Assembly: GCA_963666215.2 (NCBI GenBank)
Contig: CAXWPL010000005.1
Location: 1,024,001-1,088,000 of the forward strand
Source of the DNA: Acidobacteriota bacterium
Lineage (GTDB): Bacteria; Acidobacteriota; UBA890; WLXD01
Length of the DNA stretch: 64,000 nt
Direction: 5' to 3'
Positions 22,187-32,639 of the stretch are shown here, in pieces (the stretch's first letter is position 1; every line of letters begins with the position of its first letter). The translations under genes were made by a program, and so were the position numbers. The notes beneath the pieces are model-generated. The model made no database searches. It worked only from the letters and a program-made list of their open reading frames with translations, and had not been told where the DNA came from.

Positions 22187-25100
22187 TCAAGCTCCCGGCT
22201 TCAGGATCACGCCTTCGTTGCGGGCGCCGTTCATGAGGATCGGTAGCGGCTCGGCGAAGCGCAGGTGGCGCACGTACTGTGTGGAAGCGACCGCCGGCTG
22301 ATCGGCGATCCAGTCCCAATCAACCGATCCCTCGCCGGCTTGTGGATTAACGGTGAAGTAGCCGACGTTGTTGGCAACCAGATTCTGGAAGAAGTGCGTG
22401 CCCTGCGACGGCGTGACCATAAAGTCGCGGAAGCCAGCCTCGACGATCGCCCGCGCCCCGGCGATCTGGCCCCACGCGACCGGTATGCCCAGAAGCGCAT
22501 CGCTCGACCCCCAGCGACCCACGCCGATGAGCAGATACGGACGCTCGAGAGACACGAGCTCTCCGTTGAATCGCGCGACATCGTTCGCCACGAGCCGGCT
22601 ATCGCCGCGCTCGTAGCTGTCGGGCGCCACCACGACAACGTCGCGAACGTCGTCAATGCGGCCGTTGCCAAGCACACTCGTCGAGGTGCAAACGAGCGCC
22701 GTGGGATCGACCTCGCCAAGCTCCGTGGATGTGAGGTCGGCCGGCTGCGCGACGGGGCGCAGTTGCAGGAACGCGAACTCTTTGGGGCTCCCCGCCGGTT
22801 CGCTCTTCAGGCTGGCGGCGAACTCGATCTCCACCGGACCGCCCGCCGCTTCCACGCCGATCGCCAACAGCGCATCGAGGATCTCGGGCAGAGGAAAGAG
22901 TCCGTACTTGAGGATCGGCGCGAAGTTCACGAGGCGCACTCCGGGGCGCGAAACGCCGTCGTAAATAACGTCGTTCTCGGCCGAGTAGGTCGACCCACTC
23001 CAAACCAGCGTTCCATCCGCTTCCGCCGTCCGAAGGTCGAAGCGCCGCAGCAGCCCCGACGCGTAGTCCGCCGCGGAAACGTCGAGCTGAAGCGCGTAGA
23101 ACTCGCGCTGCGAGTTTTGCAGCGTGTCCTTGACCGACGACATCTGCACCAGGCGCTGCGGGTGACGGGGCGAGAACCGCAGGCAATGCTCGCCCTCCAC
23201 AACGGACACTCCAAGGCCGAGCGCGACCGCCGCCAGCCCATCGTTCGGCCCAATAGGGTCGACCGGATAGAAGTTCTGCGACATCGCGACTCCGCTGATC
23301 TCGGGGTAGAAACGCTCGCCGTTGGCGCCGTGCGGGGAGCCGACGATACGCTGCAGAATCACCGCCATCTTCTCTTCCTCGAGCCGGTACGAGGTGGAGG
23401 CCAGATGTCGCTTGGTCCGCTGAAGGAAGGTCGACGCGTAGATCCGCTTGATCGCCAGCGTTAGCTGCTCGAGCCGAAGATCGACACCCCCGCGAGCGTT
23501 GGGAATCATCAGCGTGTCGTAAATCCCGGCGAACGGCTGATACTTGGAGTCTTCGAGGAGGCTGGACGATCGCACCGCCAGCGGATAACGACACGCGCGC
23601 AAGAAGTCTCGCAGCTGCTCGTGGACCGAAAGCGGAAAGCTCGCCTGCGCAAAGGCGGAGATAATGCGATCGTCAGCGTCGATGGTCATCGCCATATCGC
23701 GCAAGCCGTTGCTCTCGAGGAACTCGTCGAATACGTCGGTACCGATGACGATCGTCGGCGGAACCGCGATCCGCACGTCCTCGAAGCGGTCCTCGAGCTC
23801 GTACTTGGTCAGCAGCAAGTTGGCGAAGGCGAGCCCGCGAGCCTTGCCGCCGAGCGACCCGCCGCCGATACGGGCAAAGCTGTTCTCGGAATCGAAGTGC
23901 TCCGAGTCGAAATCGGCAACCACCGCCCGGCGCCGCGCCCGCCGGTGATCACGAATGGCGTCGATGAGGTATGCCCGCAGGTCGGCCGCATCGGCGAAGT
24001 CGGTGAGCCTACGGCGCCGCATCCGTTCGGCGATGGCAAACTCGGTGTGCGCCTTGAGCCAGCGCGAGAAGTGGTTGTAGCTGGCGTGGTGAATCAGGCT
24101 CTCATCGGGAACCGTGTGCAGAGCCTGCTCGACGCGCTTGAGATTGGACGCACGAGTTACAACCGCGCCGTCGGGTGTCTTGAAGACAAAGTCGCCGAAG
24201 CCGAAATGCCGCAGCATGAACTCGCGCAGGTCGCGCAGCAGCCGCGGCGAGCCCTTGCGGAGAAACGGCACGCCCACCTCGGCGGCGCGCTCGCGATTGG
24301 CGGGCTGGCCGGAATGCAACAGCAACGAGATGTCGGGATCACACGCGCGGATCGCTGCGGCAAGCTGCAGGCCCGCGTCGAAACACTTCTCCCCGTTCTT
24401 GGGAAACTCCACGTCGGAGATCACGCCGAGCATCTGGTGCTCGTAACGCTTGAATGTGGCCCATGCCTCTTCGTAGTTGTTGCAGAGCAGGATCTTCGGG
24501 CGCGCCTTGATGCGCAGCAGCTTGTGCGCCAGGTTGACGCCACCGGGAACGAGGGCGCGGGTCTGCTGCATCACCTCGGTATAAATCGTCGGCAAGAACG
24601 ACGAGTAGTACCGAATCGAGTCCTCGACAACGAGGATCACCTGCACACCCACGGTCTTGACGTCGTGGGCGACGTTCTTGAGGTCCTCGACGTACTTGAC
24701 AATCGCCAGCAGCAGCCTCGCGTCGCCTTGAAAAAGAAACGTGCGATCGATTCCGGTGGCGTCGTAATCGCTCAGAAAACTGTGCAGCTCGCGATCGTGG
24801 TACGCCAGCAGGATCACGGGAGGCGGCTCCTCGCTCAATCGCCGACCCGATCTCCCCGACCGTCTCAGACCGCTTGGCGGGGTCGACCCGACCGACCGCG
24901 TCGGCCCGGCGGAATCGACGCTGAGCTGCCGCACGCGGCGCGCCAGCGTACCGGCATCCATATCGCCGATGAGCGGCGAGCTGATCACGAGGTCCCAGCC
25001 GCCACGTTCGACCAGCGCCAGCGCCTCCGCGCCGGTTGAAACGCGGCGCAGGTCGGGCATGTTGTACAGGTCGACGCCAAGCTCCTCGCCGAAGACCAAC

Positions 25101-25333
25101 TCGTCGACGAATCGGTCCTCGGAGAGCATGAACGAGTCGTAGAGGCTCGACACCAGGAGAATCTTGTCGGCCCGCCACTGCATGAGCTCGTGAAGGCGGC
25201 CGATGTGACTGCCGTCGCCACGGTCCTTGTTCTCGTCCAGCGTCTTGTCCCGAGCTCGAGGGCGTTCCACGATGCGCCCATCATACTGGCGGCGACTCCC
25301 GCCGTCGGCGCCGCTACTCCTGCGGACAGACAA
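22187..25333 (-). CDS. Receiver-like domains fused to a PPDK_N (ATP-grasp) domain
   Basis: Motifs ILLVSSLYD, ILVVEDSIRYYS, GGSLGGKARGL, AVRSSSLLED, FAGIY, GLG, EIEFA and FLQLRP. The true start is possibly GTG25270. Confidence 0.85.
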   Translation of the reverse strand: MSVRRSSGADGGSRRQYDGRIVERPRARDKTLDENKDRGDGSHIGRLHELMQWRADKILLVSSLYDSFMLSEDRFVDELVFGEELGVDLYNMPDLRRVSTGAEALALVERGGWDLVISSPLIGDMDAGTLARRVRQLSVDSAGPTRSVGSTPPSGLRRSGRSGRRLSEEPPPVILLAYHDRELHSFLSDYDATGIDRTFLFQGDARLLLAIVKYVEDLKNVAHDVKTVGVQVILVVEDSIRYYSSFLPTIYTEVMQQTRALVPGGVNLAHKLLRIKARPKILLCNNYEEAWATFKRYEHQMLGVISDVEFPKNGEKCFDAGLQLAAAIRACDPDISLLLHSGQPANRERAAEVGVPFLRKGSPRLLRDLREFMLRHFGFGDFVFKTPDGAVVTRASNLKRVEQALHTVPDESLIHHASYNHFSRWLKAHTEFAIAERMRRRRLTDFADAADLRAYLIDAIRDHRRARRRAVVADFDSEHFDSENSFARIGGGSLGGKARGLAFANLLLTKYELEDRFEDVRIAVPPTIVIGTDVFDEFLESNGLRDMAMTIDADDRIISAFAQASFPLSVHEQLRDFLRACRYPLAVRSSSLLEDSKYQPFAGIYDTLMIPNARGGVDLRLEQLTLAIKRIYASTFLQRTKRHLASTSYRLEEEKMAVILQRIVGSPHGANGERFYPEISGVAMSQNFYPVDPIGPNDGLAAVALGLGVSVVEGEHCLRFSPRHPQRLVQMSSVKDTLQNSQREFYALQLDVSAADYASGLLRRFDLRTAEADGTLVWSGSTYSAENDVIYDGVSRPGVRLVNFAPILKYGLFPLPEILDALLAIGVEAAGGPVEIEFAASLKSEPAGSPKEFAFLQLRPVAQPADLTSTELGEVDPTALVCTSTSVLGNGRIDDVRDVVVVAPDSYERGDSRLVANDVARFNGELVSLERPYLLIGVGRWGSSDALLGIPVAWGQIAGARAIVEAGFRDFMVTPSQGTHFFQNLVANNVGYFTVNPQAGEGSVDWDWIADQPAVASTQYVRHLRFAEPLPILMNGARNEGVILKPGA

Positions 25334-25364
25334 AAGGCGAGGAGATGGGATAGATCTCCTCGCC
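25332..25364 (-). terminator. Intrinsic terminator after gdhA
   Basis: Perfect 11-bp stem GGCGAGGAGAT/ATCTCCTCGCC followed by TTTT on the minus strand. Confidence 0.7.
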
Positions 25365-25410
25365 CTGTCGCGATCGCGAGCTCGCCAGGGCGAGCTCCAG
25401 TCGAGTCCGC

Positions 25411-26772
25411 CTAGACGAGACCCTGGTCAATCATGGAGTCGGCGACCTTGAGGAAGCCGGCGATGTTGGCGCCGTTGACGTAGTTGCCAGGCGATCCGAA
25501 TTGCTCGGCAGTCTCGAACGAGGCCTGGTGGATCGACCTCATGATGCCGTGCAACTTGGTATCGACCTCGATGCGGCTCCAGCTGTAGCGCAGCGAGTTC
25601 TGCGACATCTCGAGCCCGGAGGTTGCCACACCGCCGGCGTTGGCCGCCTTGCTCGGGCCGTACAGGATCCCCGCATCAACGAACTGATTGACGCCCTCGG
25701 TCACCGTCGGCATGTTGGCGCCCTCCGAAACCACGAAAACACCGTTGGCCAGCAGGTTGGCGGCGTCGGTGGCGTTGATCTCGTTCTGCGTCGCCGACGG
25801 GAAGGCGCAGTCGGCCTTGTGATCCCACAGCTGGTTATGGTCGGCACTCGGGTCGTTGGCCGTGTAGACGGCGCTGTCGAACTCGTCGGCGTACTCGGCA
25901 ATGCGGCCACGGCGCTCGTTCTTCAGCTCCATCGCCCACGCGAGCTTGTCGCGATCGATTCCGGCCTCATCGTAGATGTAGCCGCTCGAATCGGACAGTG
26001 TCACCGGCTTGCCGCCGAGGTCGAGGAGCTTCTCGCAGGTGTACTGCGCCACGTTGCCCGATCCAGAAACCAGGCAAACCTTATCGTCGAGAGTGTCGTC
26101 GCGCATCACCAGCATCTCCGACGCGAAGTACACCGCGCCGTAGCCGGTCGCCTCGGGACGAATGAGCGATCCGCCCCAGTTCAATCCCTTGCCGGTAAGA
26201 ATCCCGGTGAACTCGTTGCGCAGCTTCTTGTACTGACCAAAGAGGAAGCCAATCTCGCGCCCACCAACACCGATATCGCCCGCGGGCACGTCGGTGTTGG
26301 GGCCAATGTGCCGGAACAGCTCCGACATGAAGGCCTGGCAGAAACGCATGACCTCGTTATCCGATTTGCCCTTGGGATCGAAGTCGGAGCCGCCCTTTCC
26401 GCCGCCCATCGGCAGCGTCGTGAGCGAGTTCTTGAAGACCTGCTCGAAGGCGAGAAACTTCAGGATCCCCAGGTTGACCGAGGGATGGAACCGCAGCCCG
26501 CCCTTGTAGGGGCCGATGGCGCTGTTCATCTCGATGCGGAATCCGCGGTTGACCTGAACCTCGCCGCTGTCATCCATCCACGGCACGCGGAACATCAGCA
26601 CTCGCTCGGGCTCGACAACCCGCTCGACGATCTTGTGCTTGCGATATTCCGGTCGGCGCTCGAGCACGAGCTCCAGCGATTCAACGACCTCTTCCACCGC
26701 CTGATGAAACTCGGGTTCGGCGGGGTTCTTGGCCTTGACCTCGCCCATGATGTCTTCGCTGAACGAACCCAT
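25411..26772 (-). CDS. gdhA: NADP-specific glutamate dehydrogenase
   Basis: Motifs EFHQAV, GPYKGGLRFHP, GGGKGGSDF, PAGDIGVG, RPEATGYG and KAANAGGV. Confidence 0.97.
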   Translation of the reverse strand: MGSFSEDIMGEVKAKNPAEPEFHQAVEEVVESLELVLERRPEYRKHKIVERVVEPERVLMFRVPWMDDSGEVQVNRGFRIEMNSAIGPYKGGLRFHPSVNLGILKFLAFEQVFKNSLTTLPMGGGKGGSDFDPKGKSDNEVMRFCQAFMSELFRHIGPNTDVPAGDIGVGGREIGFLFGQYKKLRNEFTGILTGKGLNWGGSLIRPEATGYGAVYFASEMLVMRDDTLDDKVCLVSGSGNVAQYTCEKLLDLGGKPVTLSDSSGYIYDEAGIDRDKLAWAMELKNERRGRIAEYADEFDSAVYTANDPSADHNQLWDHKADCAFPSATQNEINATDAANLLANGVFVVSEGANMPTVTEGVNQFVDAGILYGPSKAANAGGVATSGLEMSQNSLRYSWSRIEVDTKLHGIMRSIHQASFETAEQFGSPGNYVNGANIAGFLKVADSMIDQGLV

Positions 26773-27296
26773 CGGGTTTTACTCCATTGGGGCGGCGCAC
26801 GAGGTGCCGCCGATGGCTTGCTACGGGATCCGGTTGCTAGGGTGGGATGCCCCTTCCGGCTGGAGGCTCGATCGAGTGCCGAGCAGAGAATTCGGCATCA
26901 CTTCTACCACGCCAGCACGAGCCCGGTTTGCCCAATCCTCTCCTCGAACGGAGGTCGCCTGCTGCGCAACAATCGGGAGGTGCCTCGCCACCCCCCACTG
27001 CCCCGTCCACGCACACCAGCGTCGTTTGCGGCGAGTCGCCCGATCGGGCGTGGGCGCCCGCGATCGCGCGAATCCTTGATATTGAGCTCGCTGTCGGCGG
27101 TCGCCGCAGCCACCGGTGGGGCCGCAAAAAACGGCTGTGGGTTCGAACCCGGAATCGCCACTCGGGGCTCCGAGAAATCAATCCTCGGAGCTGCCGCGCT
27201 CCGTGCCGCCGCGTGGGCCTGTTGGCCCGCGAAGGGGCGCCGACGAGCTCGAAATGAGGTTACGAGAGGTGACGAAATCGACCTCTCGGAAGCTCG

Positions 27297-28391
27297 CTAA
27301 CGAGAGCCGATGCGCTGGAACTCGTCCTCGATGACCACGGCCAGGTCTTCGAAGGGAATCGCGCCGCCGGGAACCGGGCGTCCGTTCACGAACAGCGCCG
27401 GCGTGCCGTTCACACCGAGCCTGAGGCCCGCGGTGAGATCGCTCTGCACCGCCTCCTTGTGGCGCCCCGATTCCATGCACGCGTCATAGGCCACCAGATC
27501 GAGCCCCAGCTCTTCGGCCTGACCTCGCAGATCCGCGGGCGCGAGCCGGTCCTGCTCGGTGAACATCGCGTCGTGCAACTCCCAGAACTTGCCTTGGTCG
27601 TGCGCACAGAGCGACGCCTCGGCGGCGCCGCGGGCGCTGGCGTGGATGTTGTCGAGCGGGAACTGGCGGAAAACAACGCGCACGCTGTCGGCGTAATCGG
27701 TTTTCAGACGCTCGAGTGTGGGCATGAAGCGGCGGCAGAACGCGCATTCAAAGTCGGAGAACTCGACCACCGTCACCTTGGCATCCGCGGGACCAATCGA
27801 CGGCGACCCTTCGGTGGCGACCTCAACGCGGAAGGGCTCGAGCAGCTTGGTAGCCCCGAACTTCTCGGTCAGTCGAGTCGCGAGCGCGGTCACCATCTCC
27901 TGCTGCGCCGTTTGAAAGAGGTAGGCGCGCACCTGGGGGCGCAGCTCGTCGACCGAGCGGCCCTCGAGGCGCTCGCGGTTCCCCGCGTACCATCGCTCAA
28001 CGTCGTCGTCACTCGGGGGCTCGATCGATGACAACTCTTGCTCGACGAGCTCCTCTGAGGTGATCCCTTGCTCGGCGGCCTCACGCTCCAGCACGCGCTC
28101 GCGGATCAGGTTGTCGAGCGCCGAATCGATGAGGCCGTACCTCTGGCTGAGGTAGGCGTTCTCGGCCTGCGCCAGCTCGTCGCCGATGCTTTCCTCGATG
28201 TCGGCCTCGGTGATCTCGACGCCGCCGATCGTGGCCAGCGGCCCGCCACCCGTCTCCCGCGACCTACTTTGGCCCTCGGACACGGCTTCGCCCGCGCATC
28301 CGGCCGCCAGTAGGCCTATCGACAGAAGCGCGACGAGCACGCTGCCACACTGCAGAAGCGAGGGCGAAGACGAACGTGGAGCGAGCCGCAT
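27297..28391 (-). CDS. DsbA-family thioredoxin lipoprotein with SurA-like helical N-domain
   Basis: Lipobox LAAGC, EFSDFECAFC (CxxC), FRQFPL and GVNGTP. Confidence 0.88.
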   Translation of the reverse strand: MRLAPRSSSPSLLQCGSVLVALLSIGLLAAGCAGEAVSEGQSRSRETGGGPLATIGGVEITEADIEESIGDELAQAENAYLSQRYGLIDSALDNLIRERVLEREAAEQGITSEELVEQELSSIEPPSDDDVERWYAGNRERLEGRSVDELRPQVRAYLFQTAQQEMVTALATRLTEKFGATKLLEPFRVEVATEGSPSIGPADAKVTVVEFSDFECAFCRRFMPTLERLKTDYADSVRVVFRQFPLDNIHASARGAAEASLCAHDQGKFWELHDAMFTEQDRLAPADLRGQAEELGLDLVAYDACMESGRHKEAVQSDLTAGLRLGVNGTPALFVNGRPVPGGAIPFEDLAVVIEDEFQRIGSR

Positions 28392-28597
28392 TTCGGAATC
28401 CGTTTCTCGTTCAGGGAACTGGCGTTCCCCGTACAGGGAACTACGACCTGGAAATGGCTGCCGCGGGCCGAACCAACAGACGCCGCAGCTCCCGATACTG
28501 TAACCCTCACCGACGTCATCCGGCGACCGATCTTCGCGGCTGACGTCGGCCGCAACGGATCCTGCCACAGGCCTCCAAACAGCTCACGACCACTCCG

Positions 28598-31500
28598 ATG
28601 GAGCGAACCCAAATGACGCACGACCTCTCGCAACCCGAAGCCACACCCAGGCCGCGCTGGCAAACGCGGCTGGCCCTGATCTCGACACTGTTGATCGTCG
28701 GCTCCGCCAGTCCGGCGGCAGCAGCCGGATCCGCGTTACCGCCGTCTGCAACACAGGAGGAGTCGCCGCCCTGGGCGACATCACTTCGCTACCGACATAT
28801 CGGCCCGGTGGGCAATCGTGTGGTCGCGGTGGTGGGTGTTCCGGGCGATCCGCAGACCTATTACATCGGAGCCGCCTCGGGCGGAGTGTGGAAAACCACC
28901 GACGGCGGCGTTCACTGGGACCCTCTGTTCGACGATCAGGCGGTGCAAGCAATCGGCTCGTTGGCGATCGTGCCTTCCGACACCAACGTGATCTGGGCCG
29001 GGACGGGCGAGACCTTTATCCGCAGCAACGTCATCGTTGGCAACGGAATCTACCGATCCACCGACGGCGACCGTTCTTGGCAGCACCGAGGACTGGAAAA
29101 GACCGGACGGATCGGTCGGGTGATCGTGCATCCAGCCGACCCGGACACCGCCTGGGTTGCCGCGATGGGACACCTGTATGGACCCCAGGAGGAGCGTGGT
29201 GTGTTCAAGACCACCGACGGCGGTGAGAGCTGGCGCCGTGTGCTGTTTGTCGACGCCAATACAGGCGCGGCGGACCTGGTGATCGACCCCTCGAATCCGC
29301 GGGTTCTCTACGCCGGCATGTGGCAAATGCAGATCTGGACCTGGGGCCGCGAGAGTGGTGGCCCAGGCGGTGGCATCCATCGTTCCACCGACGGCGGCGA
29401 AACCTGGGAGCAGCTCACCGTGCCGGGACATGCGGCGGGCAGGGGCTCGTCGGAGCCGGTGCCCGGGCGCGGCACGCGGCGCAGCGCCGACGGGATCATC
29501 GGCAGCAGCTCTTCGGGCGCCGGCAGAGGCCTGCCCACGGGCCCCATCGGGAAAATTGGCCTGACCATCTCGGCCGCCAAGCCCGACCGTGTGTACGCGC
29601 TCATCGAGACCAGCTCGCACGACGAGTTCTCGCCCGTCGACGCCGACGGCGTGCTTTGGCGATCGGAGAACCGTGGCGACAGCTGGCAGCTCGTCAGCCG
29701 CGACCACACGCTGCACCAGCGGCCCCTCTACTACACGCGCGCTCTGGTAGCGCCCGACGACGCGGATGAGATCCACTTCATGGCGACACGCCACAGCTTC
29801 TCGATCGACGGCGGGGTGTCGATCGACCGAGGAACCGCCGGAGGCGACAACCACGACATCTGGATCGATCCCGAGCTGCCTGACCGCATCATTGTCGGTC
29901 ACGACGGAGGCGTGAGCATCTCCAACAACCGCGGTCGCACCTGGTGGCGTCCACGGCTGCAGGTGGCGCAGATGTACCACGTGTACACCGACAATCGGGT
30001 GCCCTACTTCGTGTACGGCAACCGCCAGGACGGGCCTTCCTACCGCGGCCCGAGCAACTCGCTGACCCGTGGATCGATCCCGATTGGCGCCTGGCACTCG
30101 GTGGGCGGCTGCGAGTCGGGATTCGCGGTGCCCGACCCGGTCGACCCCGACATCGTGTGGTCGGGTTGCTACGAGGGCATCCTCGACCGCTACGACGTAC
30201 GCACCGGCCACGCCCGCAACGTCAGCGTGGCCCCAGACAACCGCGAGGGTTGGCCGGCCGGTGAGCTGCGATTCCGTTTCCAGTGGACGTTCCCCATCTC
30301 GATCTCGCCCCACGACAACAACACAGTGTACGTGGGCTCGCAACACGTTCACCGCACGCTCAACGGCGGACAGAGTTGGGATGTCATCAGCCCCGATCTG
30401 ACGACAAACGACCCCGAGCTCCAGCTCAAGACGGGTGGTCTGACGGCCGACGATTCGAGCCCGACCTACGCCGCCGTGCTGTTTTCGATCGCCGAGTCGC
30501 CCGTCGAGGAGGGCGTACTGTGGGCCGGCTCCAATGATGGACGGCTCCATGTCAGTCGCGACAACGGGGCCAATTGGACCAGCGTCGCCGAGTACATGAA
30601 CGGCCTGCCGCCACTCGGCACGGTCAGCAACATCGAGCCGTCGCGCTACGCCGCCGGCAAGGCCTATGTGGCGGTCGACATGCACCAGGTAAACTCCTCC
30701 GTCCCCCAGCTCTGGGCAACCGAGGACTATGGCGCGAGCTGGCGTCGCATCGTCGATGGCATTCCCGCCGGTCCTCTGAGCTACACACACGTGATCCGCG
30801 AGGACCCTGTGCGACCCGGCCTGCTGTACTCCGGCACGGGCAACGCTCTCTATGTGTCGATGGACGATGGTCCAGCTGGCAGTCGTTGCAGAGCAACCTG
30901 CCGCACGCGCCGGTGCACTGGCTCGAGATCCAGCCGCACTTCAACGATCTCGTCGTTGCCACCTACGGTCGTGGGTTCTGGATCGTCGACGACATCACAC
31001 CCTTGCAGCAGCTCACCAACGACGTGCGCAACTCTGACCTCCACCTGTTCGATCCACGCCCGGCCTACCAATTCCTCTTCAAAGAGGCGAGCGTCAGCCA
31101 GCCCGAGGATTCGGGAGCGGGAACGAACCCTGTCTACGGCGCCAGCCTCAACTACTGGGTGGGAGACGGCGCAGATCTCGACAACCTGAAGATCGAGATC
31201 GTCGACAACTCCGGCAACGTCGTACGCACGCTGTCTGGCAGCGCGCTGGCGCGCGAGCCGGGCGTCAACCGTGTGTGGTGGGACCTGAGCCTCGAGGCAT
31301 CGAACACGCCCAAGCTGCGGACGCAGCCGCTCGAACACGACCACGTGCCGCTCACCGACGACGGCTGGCGCGCCCTGAGCGAAGGCGGTCGTGTGCGCCC
31401 GCGAGCCGTCCCCGGGAGCTACACCGTTCGTCTGTCGGCAGGCGATCACGTTCTGACAAATGACCTCGAGATCCTCAAGGATCCCAACTCCGATGGCGAC

Positions 31501-31980
31501 GTTTCGCAGATCGCCTTGCAGCAGAGCCACGTCGCGCAGATCCGTGACGAAGTCAATCAGGTCGTCGAGCTCATCGACGAGATCGAGTGGATCCGGGCCG
31601 GCATCGACGGTCTCGAGCAACGGCTCGCGGCCAACACCACGCGTGAGCCCGCCCAAGTCGCGGAAGCGCGCGAAGCCGCGGGGGCTCTCGACCACAAGCT
31701 CATCGCTCTCGAAAACATGCTGTTCGACCTACGCCTCACGAACGCAGGACAGGACACACTGCGCTGGCCTCGCCGTCTCTACGCCAAGCTCATCAGCTTG
31801 TCGGCCTACATGAGCGGCACCGACTTCGCTCCGACCGATCAGCACGTGGAGGTCCACGAGCAGTATCAGCGCCAGCTCGCCGAGTACGTCGAACGCATGC
31901 AAGCCCTGCGCAGCGCCGACCTGGCCGAGCTCAACCGCCTGTTGGCGGAGCACGGCGTGGGGGTGATCGGGGGCCTCTAG
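28598..31980 (+). CDS. Secreted BNR/Asp-box (VPS10/sortilin-like) glycosyl hydrolase-type protein, frameshifted near 30870
   Basis: Many S/TxDGGxxW boxes, DNHDIWIDP and ATYGRGFW. Two overlapping ORFs join into one protein if a single base is restored. Confidence 0.85.
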
Positions 31981-32133
31981 CAGGCCGTGGCGGAAGTGTG
32001 GTGGGCCTGGCGACAGGGTCTTGCGAGTCGGAGGCAAGAAGAGAGGAGGCGGCGATGTTGAACGCATCGTTGACGACGAACGACGCAGCATACGACCGCG
32101 GGCCCCTGCCGGATCTTTGCATCGGGGGGTTAC
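31977..32133. mobile_element. Degenerate MITE/IS-end-like remnant
   Basis: Begins CTAGCAGGCCGTGGCGGAAGT at the gene stop, recalling CTAG-targeting IS/MITE ends (from memory, not searched). It has an internal hairpin CGATG/CATCG; the right end is poorly defined. Confidence 0.35.
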
Positions 32134-32639
32134 GGCGAGTTGGGGCCGCAGCGCCGCGGGGTCCGGCGGCGGAATCGACTTTTTCTTGGAGATTCTTGAA
32201 GAAAGGTTTCGTAAAAATCCCGAGTTCGCCGTTATTCAAAAGCCGGCGAGCGTCCATGACGCTCCGCCGCGCGCTGCCGACCGCGCCACTCGTGGACTCC
32301 ACGCGGGCTGTAGCGAGTCTTGATGAACTCTGTGAGCCCTTCACCGGGTTCGCGGGGAGTTCGTGACCCCGGTCGCGTTGGTTCCACTGGATTTCAAAGG
32401 AACCACCGGGCGCCGCCGGGGTCGCGTTCTCGCTGTCCGACCTGAGCCAATTCACCGACCCAGAGCGGCGGCCTCACTTTCCTCCGCGCCAGACGTGCGC
32501 TCTCGCGGCCTTCTCATGGCCGCGCCATCCAGCCACCCGTGGGGGTCGCCGCGAGCGATCGGAAGAAAGGGCTGTGCAAGTCGGCACGGACGGTGCGTCT
32601 CCAGTCTCGAGAACGTCGACCTCGAACAGCGGAGGCACC

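Noticed and set aside
27116-27162. GGGTTCGAACCC..CCA, resembling a tRNA T-arm and 3' end
   Set aside because: There is no 5-bp T stem, and no acceptor, D or anticodon arms could be formed.
25501-27300. 599-aa plus-strand ORF and similar long antisense ORFs (3400-4896, 13797-15284, 28781-30790)
   Set aside because: These are shadow frames of high-GC genes with no recognisable motifs.
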